From Podarcis erhardii (Eukaryota), in NCBI GenBank assembly GCA_964252035.1, contig OZ176204.1: 64,000 bases of DNA, one strand, 5' to 3'. Every line of letters starts with the position of its first letter. Position 1 is the first letter of the stretch. The notes under the pieces are model-generated. The model saw only the letters and a list, made by a program, of their open reading frames with translations. It did no database searches and was not told the DNA's origin. Position numbers and translations under genes: made by a program. Below are positions 1 to 12,984 of this stretch, piece after piece.

Positions 1-224
1 TGTAAAGGATGGACAATAATGAGGTGATTAGTCTAGCCGAATAAATGGAGACATATTATCTGAAATGTCGTTTTCCTTAATCTGTATTATTATCTTGGAA
101 TGGAGTTCTTCTTAATATTTGAATTCTGCCTGAATCGCAAAGAATCAAATTTGTTCTTGCCTTGCTTGCCTCTATAACGTCAAAGCCAATAGCTTTCTGA
201 ATCATCCAGAACAGAGCACTTATT

Positions 225-720
225 GTTTGGGTGTGCTCCTGGATTCAGCCCTGAATCTGTGATGCCCTAGAGCTCTTTTGCATAACTAAGGCTACTGCAC
301 CAACTGCAACCAGTCCAGAAGACATTAGATCTGGCCATGGTGGTGTGCTCTGGCCGTACTCATTTGCACAGCTGTAACACTTTGTACACGAGTCTGTCTG
401 CATTTGAAGAGTGTTTGGAAACTTTAGCTGGTTCTGAACATTGGCTGGGATCAAGTATAGTTAGCTTGTGACTCCCATGCTACCACAGTGGCAGTGGCCA
501 CCAATCCATTACTAGGCACAATTCAAAATGCTGGTTATGACCTACAAAGCCCCCCATTACTTTAGACCAGAAAGACTGTGTTTTCCAACATGAACTTGTA
601 TGGGGTTTAAGAACGTCTGGAGAGGTCCTTCTTTCTGTCCCACCAAAACTTGAAGAATGTTTGGTGTGAAGTCAAGGGAGCCTTCTCAGTGGCTGTTCTT
701 GGGCTTTCAAACACATTGGT
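225..720 (+). mobile_element. Degenerate L2 LINE fragment (ORF2 C-terminal region)
   Basis: Manual translation through stops and frameshifts gives LGVLLDSAL, LRLLHQLQP, DLAMVV, CNTLY, LKSVWKL*LVLN, VTPML..WPPIHY*AQFKMLVMTYKA. This matches the L2 pattern LGV.LD / DLATVVHALVTSRLDYCN / KLQLVQN / LHWLPI..RAQFKVL..TYKA. Confidence 0.8.
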
Positions 721-2242
721 TGTGTTAACTGCTAAGCACCTTTATACTGATAGGGAGGGTATAAATATGATTGATACCTAGTCAGACAGACATCCTTGAT
801 TGAAAAGTACACACCTGCTTTGTGTGGGTTCTCTTCTTGATGTCACCAGTTTTTCTCCAAAAGGCAAGTGGCATCTTTATAACTCCTTGCTCATACTTTC
901 AGCATTTGGATCTATTATTGCAAAGAAACCAGGTATGTTCACCTCACCTCATTTGTGTCTCCTAATAACATCCACTCTAGCCATCTTGAGATAACATGAG
1001 ACAACTCTTCAGATGTCTAATTATTTTTCTACACCTGGGATCATATGGAACTGCTAAGTAATGTGTGGGTGGGAGGGAAGCAAGCACATAGCATCCAGAA
1101 GGAGGAACGCTATAGGTTGTTCTGTCTGTTTGGTAGGCTGTTCCTCGCCCACTGCAGGTTCCTCATCTCTGGGAGAAACAAGGGGGAATGGCAAATCTAG
1201 TTTCCTTCTGGAAGGAAAATAACAGCTGCTAAATGATAATTGCCAAGCAGCTGTGAGGATAAACAAACCCACAAGCATGCGCTGCTGTTGACCCCCTAGA
1301 AGGAAACATAATTTCCTACTGCTCCACACAGCAGCTATTTGCTAAAGAAAAACAAAGGAAGAAACATTTCTAATTATTGAAAGGATTTCTTGTGGCTTTC
1401 CTTTTAATGAAGAATTCTGATGGTTTGCACTGGTTTTTAAGCAAGAGCCAGAGATGTAAAGCAAGGAATCATCTCCAAGTGCTTGCAGCTTGCAGAATGC
1501 AACAGCTTTTGCAGAGTTGACTGGTGAGGAAATAGACACAGCCTTGATATCACCCCCCACCCCCACCCCAAGGAATCCAGGACCGTAATGGAATTGTAAA
1601 ACGAGATCTTTTGATATTTTTCTTTTCTTTTTGCTTCTGTCTATTCTGTGGGTCCCTGAAGGAAACATTATGTCTTGTACACACACCAAGAGCTGTAGTG
1701 ACTTGTTTTCTGGATCAAAATAGGGGACTTCAGGGGACATTAATTGGATCCACATCCAGTTTTTCAAAGGTTCACATTCATTTTGTTCCCTCCTGTATTT
1801 ACTACAAAAAATTTCCTAGTTTCACCCTGCCCTGTTTTTAGATCTGGCTTCCACCCCAGTCTTTTCTCATACAGGAATGCCTCTCAGTGCCCTCAGGCTG
1901 TGTTATTGATTATGTCCCTCTTTCTGCTTGGTTTCACCTGTTTCTTGGCCTCGTTTGTCAGATGCAATATGCCAGTCAATTCCATTAAGCATATGTGATG
2001 ATTAATTGCAGAATAGCAGTGCATACTTTGCAGGACCTCCTGCAAAAACCTATACAAGAACAAAACCAAAAAAGTTTTAGTTTATGGCAACAGCATATTG
2101 TTTTCTTGATAGGGTAAATGTTAATTGTCTGTTTCTTTCTATTATTTTAATTTTGTTTTGTTAATGTTACAAATCTTCTTATGGAACATATATTCCATAA
2201 GTTGAGAAGTTTTTAATATTTAATACACAGTTGTGTTTTCAT

Positions 2243-2300
2243 ACTATGTTGGAAGCTGCCCAGAGTGGCTAGGGAAACCCAGTCAGATGGGTGTGGTGAG
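2243..2300 (+). mobile_element. L2-type LINE extreme 3' end stub
   Basis: ggaagctgcccagagtggctagggaaacccagtcagatgggtgtggt is the same terminal motif seen at 20690-20745, 47590-47640 and 50070-50115. Confidence 0.65.
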
Positions 2301-2700
2301 GTATCTTTTTTGGCCAATAGTCTGATCAAACAGGGCTCCTATTTGTGATCCTTCCATCAGTAAACTGATGAGAGTCATTTATTTATTTTGCTAGTTCTTG
2401 ACCTTTATTCTTTTTCTTACGTTGTTTCTGTCTGTCTGTCCTCTTCCATCAGGAACTTGGCTGTCTCTCTGTGCCCCATCCGTTTCCTGTGCTCGGGGTC
2501 ATACAATGGGGCTGTCTCATTTTATCACTATGAAGAAGATTAAATGCAGAGATGATGAACTGTCCCTGCCTCCTTCTTCCACAAATGTTCCCCACCACAA
2601 TGTTTACTGTCATTATGGTGGCTAATTGTGGCTGAGCAATCCTTGCACTGCAGAGATCATGCCTTCCCAGTATAACTGTTTCTCCCAAGCAAATATAATG

Positions 2701-3067
2701 GTTGTTGTTTAGTCGTTTAGCCGTGTCTGACTCTTCGTGACCCCATGGACCAGAGCCCGCCAGGCACTCCTGTCTTCCACTGCCTCCCGCAGTTTGGTCA
2801 GACTCATGTTTGTACCTTCGAGAACACTGTCCAACCAACGCATCCTCTGTCGTCCCCTTCTCCTTGTGCCCTCAATTTTTCCCAACATCAGGGTCTTTTT
2901 CAGGGAGTCTTCTCTTCTCATGAAGTGGCCAAAGTATTGGAGTTTCAGCTTCACGATCTGTCCTTCCAGTGAGCACTCAGGGCTGATTTCCTTCAGAATG
3001 AATAGGTTTGATCTTCTTGCAGTCCATGGGACTCTCAAGAGTCTCCTCTAGCACCATAATTCAGAAG
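2701..3067 (-). mobile_element. RTE-BovB LINE, 5'-truncated 3' fragment
   Basis: Minus-strand ORF 2709-3038 RVPWTARRSN..LKEISPECSLEGQIVKLKLQYFGHFMRREDSLKKTLMLGKIEGTRRRGRQRMRWLD..WRALVHGVTKSQTRLND is the BovB ORF C-terminus. Short (AAC)n tail at 2701-2710. Confidence 0.95.
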
Positions 3068-6000
3068 TAAGGTACATTCACAATTTGGGACAGATCATGC
3101 AATATGCTATGTAATATTTTTAGCACTATCTGTAATATAATGCTCACTGCAGCATATCATGACCAGTGCTACAAAAATTGACAAGGCACAAATAAATAGC
3201 AAATAGCAAAAATAAAAAGAAATATTGCTGACGCTACTAAAGTTGGTGAGGTTTGCATTTTGTCACAACTATGGAATCAAAAGCTGCTGAAACAATGTAG
3301 GGATGTGCAGGTAATGGAAGAATGCTCCAGTTCTGGGAGAATTCCTTCATCCCATCTTCAATCATTCTCCACACAAGCACTAGCTTTGATTACAGGGAAT
3401 GGGGTGAGGCCCCTTCAATCTTCATTAGGCTCAGCTTAATGTTCAAAAACTAACCCAGTGGGCATAAAGGAAGTCTGAGTATGCAAAACTTTCATATCTG
3501 TCCTACCGCCACTTGCTTGTTAGCCCCTTCTTCCCTACCTGTTCATGGTTACCATAGCAATGGCAATTGCTAATCCTAATGCTGCTTGATGCATTCCCCA
3601 TGCCCCTTCAGCTGTGCCAGGATGAAGGAAAGAAGAATTTCCCCCACTCCAATGTGGCATTATCTTAAATGCCAAATCTGACTAAAGGAAATGCTTCTTA
3701 CCTTCATTTTCACATAGTGTCACATAGCCAAGCCTGGCTACATGGTGCAATCGTAAAGCCAAATCAGAGGAAGAGTTTGAAGCATTACCTTCACTCTGAT
3801 ATGGCTTTTTGTCATCACATAGCTAGTCTGTTTTTGCAGTGTATGATGGCACGGCACCAAACTGAGTAGCTAAAGTGTGGGGATGGGGAAAATGGCACAG
3901 GGTAGCTGCAGGGAGCATGGTCACCACCCAAGGAAAAGTGTTTTGCAGTACACCTCTGAATAATTTGCCCCATTTGAGTTTTCCTTGCCCAAAGAATCTC
4001 TAATGGTGTTTTATAACCTGTGAACAACACAAGGAAACTGAGGTTTGATTCAGTTCCACCCCAGTTGTCATTCATGCATTATTTTCTTATACCACCTAGA
4101 GGAAAAACAGAGGTGGGCAGCTGATTTCAGACTGACATTCATCTCCTCCTACTCTTGATCATGGTTGTTTTATTTGTACCAGTTGCAGAAGACAAGAGAA
4201 TTTTGTCGTGTCTCAGCATTTTCTAAGGAGAGTTTCAGTTTCTGTAAAATCGTGCCAACTATAGCAGCTGCTTGAACTTGGAGTTCTCAACAGATTTTAA
4301 CAGTACACAGAAAATGGATCTATGCAACTTTTTTTTTTTTTGCACTGATAAGAAGCCTCATTGCTTGTTTCCCATTGCCTTGAATACTTTATTTTTAAAA
4401 AGAGACATACTAAAATAGTCAGCACAATCCATTCCCCCTTTTGCTCAGTACATTTTGGATTCTAAATGGGTATGACAGGGGAAAAAATCTTACTCCAAAA
4501 GGAAGTACACAGAGAGCAACTGAATGTTCAGTTATTTGTCTCTCTGCCCATGTATCAATTTAGCCTGTCAATTAATATTGTTTCTCTTGAAACTTTATAT
4601 ATAAACAAAACCCTGGACAGCCATGGGAAGTATAACATGTATTGCAGATGCATTAGTAACAACATTCCTATGACAAATACAAGCTTCCTTGTCTCAAAAA
4701 CAGGCCAGAAGGCCTAGAACGACTTATCTGCCTTCACTTACCATCACTGATCTTTCTTTCTTTGCAAACTCCCATTTGATATTGTTGGTAGGGCTTAGCA
4801 TCAACTTAAGGCGGAACAGTTACTAGTGAGAGGAAGGCTTACAGAACACATAAAGGGTCTAAGTTTTAGTTCAGTGTTGTCAGGACCTTATCCAGGCAAG
4901 TGCAGCACAATAAATCTTTGCTCCCAAGGGTTAGGAATTTCCTGAGCAGTGCTAAGGATGGCCTAGTTCCCAAAAGCCTTAAAACACCCTTTACACCCTT
5001 CTTTCTAGCATCCAGGTCTTGGACAAGAACAACATGCTTAGTGCTGAGCACCATTCGCATTTTTGCCAATTTCTCAGGGTGTGTGTGCCATCCTGTCCCA
5101 GAATTCCCTGTAAGAGTGGCGTCCATCATTATGCAACTTTGTTCCTGGGGACCTTTTGGGAAAGGGAAATGGTGGGAAATGGTTTTGAGGAGCAGCTGTG
5201 AGTTTCTTCCCCACCTTGTCTTTCTGCTTCTTCCCATGAAATCTCCTGGCTAGGTTCACCACTCTGTCTAACTCTCACAACCCTCCCCCTTCAAATTAGA
5301 GCCAAAATATCTTGTCTAAGAGCTTTAAGCTCAGAACTAAAATAATCAAGTGCAGTAACAGAAACAGACAAACCAGAATTACACAAGTGCAATTATAAAA
5401 TAATTTGTAGCTTGGGGGGGGGGAATCTAAATGCAAAATAGACATTGGTACATCTGCAAATGTAATGGTTACAAGGTCATTCTCAACATTATAGAAAATA
5501 GAGAAGCAAAATGATTCTTAGTGGTACTAGAGACAAATCAACAAGGAAAAAAGACAGTTGCTTCCACGTCAGTCTTTAAACTATAGTCTGAAGCCCTTTC
5601 TATCAACAAGTGGTACTGCATGCATGTTGAACACTGAACACATACCTCTAGTCAATTTGCAAGCCAACAGAAACATTTTTAGTGATGAGTAGTATGTAGC
5701 ACATCAAAGGCACAATTGCTAAAAAACTGAAATAATGTATTAAAAGGACATGGATATTATGCAGGCTCCAAAGCAGATGGGACAATCAAATGGAGAGAAA
5801 GAGGGAAAATATGAAATGGGAAATGATATCATTGCCAGGTTGGCAGATCTTACAGAATAAAAATCCTAGGAAAAAATATATAGTTCTAGCAATTTAAACA
5901 AGGTATTATTATCAAATGCTTGCCACATAAGAAATCTTACCTGATCTTGCAATGCCTGTGCGGGATGAAAAATATGGATACTGGCAAGACTCGTTAGATG

Positions 6001-7299
6001 AATAATGCCACTATCTTGCTACAATTGAGACTTCAAAAGGCCATTACTGATAGCAACGGATCCTATCGAAATAAAACCAGCGGCAGACAGAGAAATATCA
6101 GCACCACCAATGGAATGTGTCTTTTAAAGCAAATCAGTGTCAAAAGAGCTGAAATTGTAATGTATGGCTATAGAGACATGATAGAGAAAAGAGTAGCCTG
6201 CTAATACTGCAATCTCATTTGTCTCCTACAAAGGGCCAGAAAAATAAACCTAAAATCCAGCAAAAATAAAGTGAGGCTCTGTCTTACAACAGTACTTTGC
6301 ATGGCACATCCTGGATCCTCACAATTTGCAACTGGGCTTTGAAAGGGCAATTCAACAAATTGCAGAGCACCCAACCTTGTCATCTTACATCATTTACTAA
6401 GAGATAATTACACTGCACACTTTCACAGGTTAATTCTTTAACAGCTCTTAGATCCATCTGGACCCAGTGGCTGCTTAAATTGTATTCATTGGTAAAACCA
6501 AGAAGTTAATCTTCCAAGTGCCCTCCCTTGACTGAGACACAAGAATCTGGTGGTCTGTCTCTTTCTTGGTGAAGCAAAGAATTTGCTCATCTCCTCTAGA
6601 AAATCCTTACATTCCTTTAACAATCTTTTGATATGCTCATCCAGGTTTTACAGAGGTCAGAATTCTGATCAGTGGTGCAGCAAATGTTGTGTGATATACT
6701 AAGTAACAAGACCTCTGTATCTGGGACAGTATTAAATGATCAGGGCACATGCTTTCTTAACCAACCAGCCTCAACATCTTGAAAGTATAGCACAGAACTG
6801 TATGTGTTTCCTTAAAGATCAATAATATAGATTTTGCTCCCTTTCCCATGCAAACATTGCTGGAGTCAGTTAGTGTCTGTAGCGCATAAGTAACTTTATT
6901 AACAGTTTGATGCATGGCTTCCTTTGCAAATATAAAATCATTTAATCAGTTTAGTTTACCAGGGCACAAGAGTAATGGATTATTGCTACAAGCACATGTT
7001 CAATTGTGGCGAGCCTTTTCCTTCAGTACTGGACTAGGCTCTCTGCCCCAGAACTCTCCCTCATTGTTTCTGGTTTTTCAGGAGCAAGTTTTAATGGTAT
7101 AACTATTTGGTAAAAGCAACAACAACCCACACAAAGAATTGTGCCTAATCAAACATAATTTTGTGATCTATTTCCCATGTTGGTCTTCAGAGCTTCACTC
7201 AAATTACTAATGGTCTACATTAAGATTTTGCTGCAGTCATTTGTGCTTTTGTTTTATAAAGTAGGCTCATAACATTTCTTGAGATATGTCCAGCACAGC

Positions 7300-7365
7300 C
7301 ATATACATCTCTTGAGTTTAACGGACCATACTCCCAAGTAAGTGTGTATAGCACTGTAGCCTAAC
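7300..7365. repeat. Fragment of an old ~90-bp palindromic squamate interspersed repeat
   Basis: ttgagtt..ctcccaagtaagtgtgtatagcactgtagccta is the reverse complement of the family seen at 12985-13067, 35540-35630 and 54254-54312. Confidence 0.45.
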
Positions 7366-7373
7366 ACAATATA

Positions 7374-8153
7374 CCGTATTTTTTGCCCTATAGGACGCAC
7401 TTTTTCCCCTCCAAAAATGAAGGGGAAATCTGGGTGCGTCCTATGGGGCGAATGCAGGCTTTCGCTGAAGCTTGGAGAGCGAGAGGGGTTGGTGCACACC
7501 GACCCCTCTCGCTCTCCAGGCTTCAGGAAGACATCCGCAGCCTATGCAGCCCTGCGGGAGTTCCCACAGGGCTGTCTAGGCTGCGGATAGTAGCCTGCTT
7601 CCCGGAATGCCGGGCGTGCTGAAAGCAGAGCGCTCGGTGCTTTGGGAACACATCCGCAGCCTAGGCAGCCCTGTGGGAGTTCTCTGCAGGGCTCCCCACG
7701 CTGCGGATAGCAGCCTGCCGCCCGGCAGGCGGGGTGCCCTGAAGCAGAGCGCCCCGTGTGCCGGGCAGACATCCGCAGCGTGGGGAGCCCTGCAGGAGTT
7801 CCCCGCAGGGTTCCCCACACTGCGGATAGCAGCCTGCCGCCCGGCGGGCGGGGCACCCTGAAGCAGAGCGCCCCGTGTGCCGGACAGACATCCGCAGCGT
7901 GGGGAGCCCTGCAGGAGTTCCCCGCAGGGCTCCCCACGCTGCGGATAGCAGCCTGCCGCCTGAGGCAGACATCGGCCAGCCCCACAAGCTCGGGGGACAG
8001 CAGGGAGGCGTAGCGCCGTTCCTCGACCTGGTTCGGTTTCCCCGACCTGCTTTTGGGGGGGAAAATAAAGGAAATTTTTTTTCCCTTTATTTCCCCCCAA
8101 AAAAACTAGGTGCATCCTATGGGACGGAGCGTCCTACGGGACGAAAAATACGG
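7374..8153. mobile_element. Non-autonomous Tc1/mariner-pogo (Tc2-type) DNA transposon (MITE), 780 bp
   Basis: TIRs CCGTATTTTTTGCCCTATAGGACGC versus reverse complement of the end CCGTATTTTTCGTCCCGTAGGACGC. TA duplication at 7372-7373 and 8154-8155. No transposase ORF. Confidence 0.9.
7532..7961. repeat. GC-rich tandem array, 119-bp unit x ~3.6, each full unit with two inverted repeats
   Basis: catccgcagc starts at 7532, 7651, 7770 and 7889 (spacing 119). The last unit has a perfect 23-bp inverted repeat atccgcagcgtggggagccctgc / gcagggctccccacgctgcggat. Confidence 0.95.
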
Positions 8154-10939
8154 TAAATATATTTTAATATTTATTTAGTCACCTCACAAAATAATTTCTC
8201 TAGGCAATGCAAACGGGCATCAAACAGAAAAAAGATCTGCTGGAGATCACTTCAGGAACAATAGCTTTTGCTGTGACTGTCCCTTTAAGATGGCCCCAAT
8301 CTGCCTCACCAAGAGACAAGACTGCTGCTACTCAGCCTGTGCAGGGGGAAGCAGGGCAGGATAGGAGCACCTGCTACTGGAAGGGCTGTTGAGGCTCAGG
8401 AGCTTAAATAGCCCAGAAGAAGCAATTGCCAGAGAGGCAGAAAATAGTTTCCTGGAAAAGGAGCCAAGCTGAGCTGAGGGTCTCTTGGCTCCACTACAGG
8501 TCCTTCTTCCACCTGCAGTGGAACACAGAAGGTCCCAAGCCCATATGACAAGGATTTGGGAGGACCAGGCCATATCTTAAGGAGGGGCCAGCAGCAGAGC
8601 CCCTGGACCTTTCAGTCTCCCAACACCCAAACCTTGGATAAGGAGGTCTTGGGATGTACCAGCTGAGAAGTTGTGTTTGTACTGCCTGAGACGGGCCTAT
8701 GGAGTTGGGAGCTTGATCCTGTACCTAACGCTAAACCTCAGCAAACCCCGTGTAGCTACGTTTGGCATGTCAGATCCTGATCTGGGGCTCAACACACTAG
8801 GGAATCTACGGACATTGAAGCTTTGAAGGTGCCCCTTCTGCAGGTTGACATCACAGTTAAACAGTAAAATTACAGTAAATTCAGATTTACTGAATCTAAA
8901 CAAAGCATAAGGGAATAACACAAATGCAACCAAACATTTAATGCTTAAGAATAATCCCAAACCAAATTATTAGCAGTTCTAATTTGGATCTTGTCAGGGC
9001 ATGAATAAATGACAGTTTAAGGAGCTGGGTGCATATTCCATGATGGAAGAAATGTGGGATATATTAATCAGATCTATTGATTTATGATCCATTTCTTCTA
9101 TTGATGTGATTTTATTGTTGATTTTATGTTGCTTACCAGCGTTATAGTTTTAAGGTTGGAGGTGGAGAAAATCTTCAAAATACATACATACATACATAAA
9201 AAGTAAGAAAACAAACAAGAATAGCAGAGGAAGATAAAATGGGATTTAAAGCTGTGCATTTTGAGCTTCCAATCCTCTGAAACAAGGGGTGGATGGTCTA
9301 TAATTCCTCAGGTATTTCCTTCTGTTCATCTGGTTAGCGATATGTAAGAATCCTATGGATCTTTTGCAACTTTTTTAAAAAATAATAATAATAATACACA
9401 TATAGTTTATCAGTGTTGTTGAATGAACAGTATCAAGGCTGCAATAATAGCCAATATCAGTCAGACTAAATAATAAGGAAACTGCTTCTAGGCTCTTGAG
9501 CCTGATACTTTTTCAATAGAATTGTCAGCCTCTTTTTAAATGCAAATTATGACTCATCATCTGGGGATCATCACAAGCTCCAGAGAAGCACTAGAGGCAA
9601 GTGAATCCATCCAGTTCATTAAACTGCATCCCCTTGTAATGAAAAGTATCATTCTCTCAAGAGCGTTGACTAGCGAAGTTCGCTCTTGGCAGAGTCTGCT
9701 TTGCTAGGAGCATGTGATATTTTAGCTACAGAAGAGAATGCAAGTTTCATTACTCAAATGCAAATTTAGCCTGTGGGGAGGAAAAAACTTTGATCCTGAA
9801 AATGTGCTACTAGCAGGGTTCTGAAGATTCAAAACTTAAACAAGATGGCGGACATCTGGGTATCCCTACAGACTGAAGGACATCATGGACATCTGGTAAA
9901 ACCAAGTGGGATTCTAGGAAAGCCTTCTTAATTTTGGTTGGATTTACATCAAAGTAAAATATAATTAGAGCTGCAGTCTTAGTTAAAATTTAAAAGAGCA
10001 ATTTAGGAAGCTGTTTGCTTATTGATGTTTTTATTCATTTGGATTATAATAGCTAGGTACTGCTAAAATGTATTTTTTTCTGATTAGTAGTCTGGTAGAG
10101 AGAAGTTTTTCAGATAAGCTCTTTAAAATGCATTATCCATGGTGTATACTGGCATCATAATACAACACTGAAGTATTTAAGAGCCACTCAGGAAGTAGCA
10201 GAATTGTCACAAAAGAGATAGGCAGGCTCGGTCCTGGATATTAATCCAGTCATTTCACCCTAGCACAAGCACTCTATTGGGTACTCAAGCAAAAGCAGAG
10301 GTTTATTCTTTTCCAGTAGATTACTGCATTCTTCACAAATCCATGCTGCAAAACACTACAACATTGGGTTTTCTACCTATCATAAAATACTAAAGAGCAT
10401 TTTAAACCTGCCAAAAATAAAGTTGAGATCCTGGATCCCAGTGTGGAATGTTCCACAGATTCCACAATAATTAAAGAAACAGTTTAACAGATGGCTCATA
10501 TGTATGAACCAAACCCTTTCCTGAGAGCATTGGGTGAAAGGGGGATTTCTGGCAACACTGGACCGAAGAAATCCAATACAGAAGACCTAAAGGACAGTAC
10601 GTACACATGCATTGAAATACACACACAATTAAATAAGTTACCTTCTAACTGGGATTGGATGCCATAAATATGCATGAAACCCATTTATTATCTCCTGTAT
10701 ACAAATGAATGCAGTTCCTAAGGAGGGAAAGTAAAGCACTGCTCTTGGGCAGGGCGTAGCCACGAAGACACTAAGAAGGTCCCCAACCTGTCCTCCATCC
10801 CTGACACCAGGAACTATGGCTTTCACTGGCAGTGATCCCATAGGCCCCTGGGTGCAGTGTGAACTAATGGGACAAGGAGGGAAGGGGGAAAAGGAAATCA
10901 AACCGAGGCACCTGTTCTTAAAGAACTGTTCTTATAATG

Positions 10940-11005
10940 CAGGGGTCAGCAAAATATTTTAGCCGTGGGCCGGTCCACTGTCCCTCAGACCTTGTGACGG
11001 GCCAC
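10940..11005 (+). mobile_element. Left end of a hAT-type non-autonomous element; right end not found
   Basis: caggggtcagcaaaatatttt..gggccggtccactgtccctcagaccttgtg is a typical squamate hAT MITE terminus. No matching TIR or TSD located downstream. Confidence 0.5.
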
Positions 11006-11330
11006 AGAAGTGGCACGGCGGGGGGGGGCTGGAAGAAGAGGCAAAGGGGGCAAGTAGTCCTGCTCCTTACCCCCCAGCCCCAGCCGCTGTGCTTACCTTC
11101 CCTGGGGCTGCTGCCACCAACACCGCCACCGCCGCTGCCGCTGCTTCTCATGGGTAAGCAGAGCGAGCTCGTCTGCTCGGCTGTCTGGCCCACAGAGTAC
11201 CAAGGCGGCAGCAGCAGTGGAGGAAAGATGAGCAGCATGAAAGGGCTGGCTGCAGAGAGGGGCTGCTTAAAATGGCACTCAGCTCTCCCCACCTGCAATT
11301 CCCAGCAAGGTTTTGTAAGCATCACTGAGC

Positions 11331-11398
11331 TAATGTACTGATGTACTGTAATGATGTACTGTACTGATGTACTGATGTACTGTAATGTACTGTAATGA
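11331..11398. repeat. Compound simple repeat of TGTACTGA / TGTACTGTAA units
   Basis: taatgtactgatgtactgtaatgatgtactgtactgatgtactgatgtactgtaatgtactgtaatgatc. Confidence 0.9.
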
Positions 11399-11426
11399 TC
11401 TGAGCACTTGAAAAGCATGTAGGTAC

Positions 11427-11680
11427 CAGGGGCATCTTACCCATAGAGGCTAGTAGCATGGGGTGGCAGGGTGCCAAGTTCTGGAGGGCATCAGGGAAGA
11501 GGTGGAGGCTGGATGTGGCGCCTCCCAGCACCAGCTCACCGCCCTCGCCTGCCTCTGCCATGCCATGCCGAAGCAGCGCCATCCTCCCTAAAAAAGGTCG
11601 ACAACTCTAGGAAATGGGGGGGGGGGGTGTGCTGGAGGGAGCTTTGCACCATGGTGCTGGATATGCTTAAGATGGCCCTG
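11427..11680. mobile_element. hAT-superfamily MITE, 254 bp
   Basis: TIR CAGGGGCATCTTA versus reverse complement of the end CAGGGCCATCTTA. Perfect 8-bp TSD GTAGGTAC at 11419-11426 and 11681-11688. Confidence 0.9.
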
Positions 11681-12984
11681 GTAGGTACATAAATAGATAT
11701 GAATGATTATTATAGTTGGTTGTGTGTCTCTTGGCACCTTTCAAAATGCAGCCATCTTTCTCCCCAGCATAGTCGAGTTGGAGCTCAAGGGGTGGGGGTC
11801 CTTGCCCACTTTTGCCCCCAACAACACACTAGATCCAGATTGTAATAACATACTGGTGCTTTTTAGATGTTCATTCTTTGGAGATGTTCAGTCTACTGAC
11901 TTCATGTGTACAAACATTACATGTGACCAAGAACTTGCCTGGGGGAGGCACATTTGTTCCATCTCCAATTATGGTACAATAAAAAACCAACACCACCCCT
12001 CATATGATATTATGCCTGCGGATGAATGGATTATGTAGAATTTTTTCCAGCTATTTAGTTACAGAAAATGGATGCAGCTAAAAGGGTATAAAGGGCGCAA
12101 TGAGAACACTGAAGCGCCATGGTCCCTTTGATGCATCAATTCTACATCCAATCACTGCATGTAAATTACCTGTCTGAAGTTATACAAGCTCTTCAGTTAG
12201 GCTAGCAGTGCCTATTGGTAATTTATTTAGAAGCAAAAAAAGGGGGGAGGGAGAAGAAGGAGAAGGAAAAGTTTTGAAATTATTATTCTCCCCACCCCCA
12301 CCCATCAACATTCCCATGGTCATGAATAAGTATGTCTCATTTGCTGCAATTTCAATCTGAAAGAGTTCTTCCATTGGGGATGTGTTTACCTCTCGTGGCC
12401 TGCTACTGTGAAAATTGGTTTTCTAGCCATATTGGAGGAACAAGCAATTTATAGTGCTATATTAAATTGTTCAATTTCCCCACACATTCTATGGTTTATG
12501 GCATTACTACATATGCCACAATGCTATCGCTTAGGAAGGTGGGTAGGGTAATGTTTTAATGTGTTTTTTGATCCCATAAACTCACCCCCCCCCAATTTGT
12601 ACTGTAGTACAGGATACACTGAAGATTGAAGTGTAAATAAAGGAAAGCATTTCAGAAAAACAAAAATGGTGTTGGTAGCTACTGCAAAGGTTTAGCGTAA
12701 GAGAACAGTGCCACAAATGCAAAGGATAAATTAATTCCTGATTAAGTGAAAAAGTGCTTTCCATATAAGTAACTTGAAGTGGGCAACATCTAAGGATTTG
12801 ACTGTATTCTGTTCTTCAGGTTGGTTAGTTAAGCTTTCATCTCCTGGCAAACAATGACGGGTGCAACTACTCAGCGACAAAGTATTCCTTGAAGGTACTT
12901 CCCAGTGTTCAAGTTAAGATATTTCAGCTCATCTCCTTCTCCTGCTTTCCTTAAAGGATAAAATTACTACTGGTCTTTTGTCTG

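Noticed and set aside
4878-5279. Possible LTR (TGTCAGG..TCACA) with overlapping ORFs
   Set aside because: No target-site duplication and no second copy.
4742-6062. Minus-strand candidate exons 4742-4804 (LMLSPTNNIKWEFAKKERSVM or DAKPYQQYQMGVCKERKISD) and 5941-6062 with strong splice sites
   Set aside because: The 122-nt segment has stops in all three frames and no peptide was recognised. Similar chance pairs also occur at 3702-3870.
7532-7961. CRISPR-like regularly spaced palindromic repeats
   Set aside because: The intervening sequences are themselves repeated, there are no cas genes, and the context is a eukaryotic MITE.
7542-8156. Overlapping 84-179-aa ORFs on both strands
   Set aside because: Artefacts of a GC-rich tandem array. 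The translations repeat with the 119-bp period.
8272-8794. Possible solo LTR (TGTGAC..CAACA, TATA-like TTAAATAG)
   Set aside because: No TSD found and the boundaries are uncertain.
9841-9852. YY1-type motif CAAGATGGCGGA
   Set aside because: Isolated motif with no CpG island or element around it.
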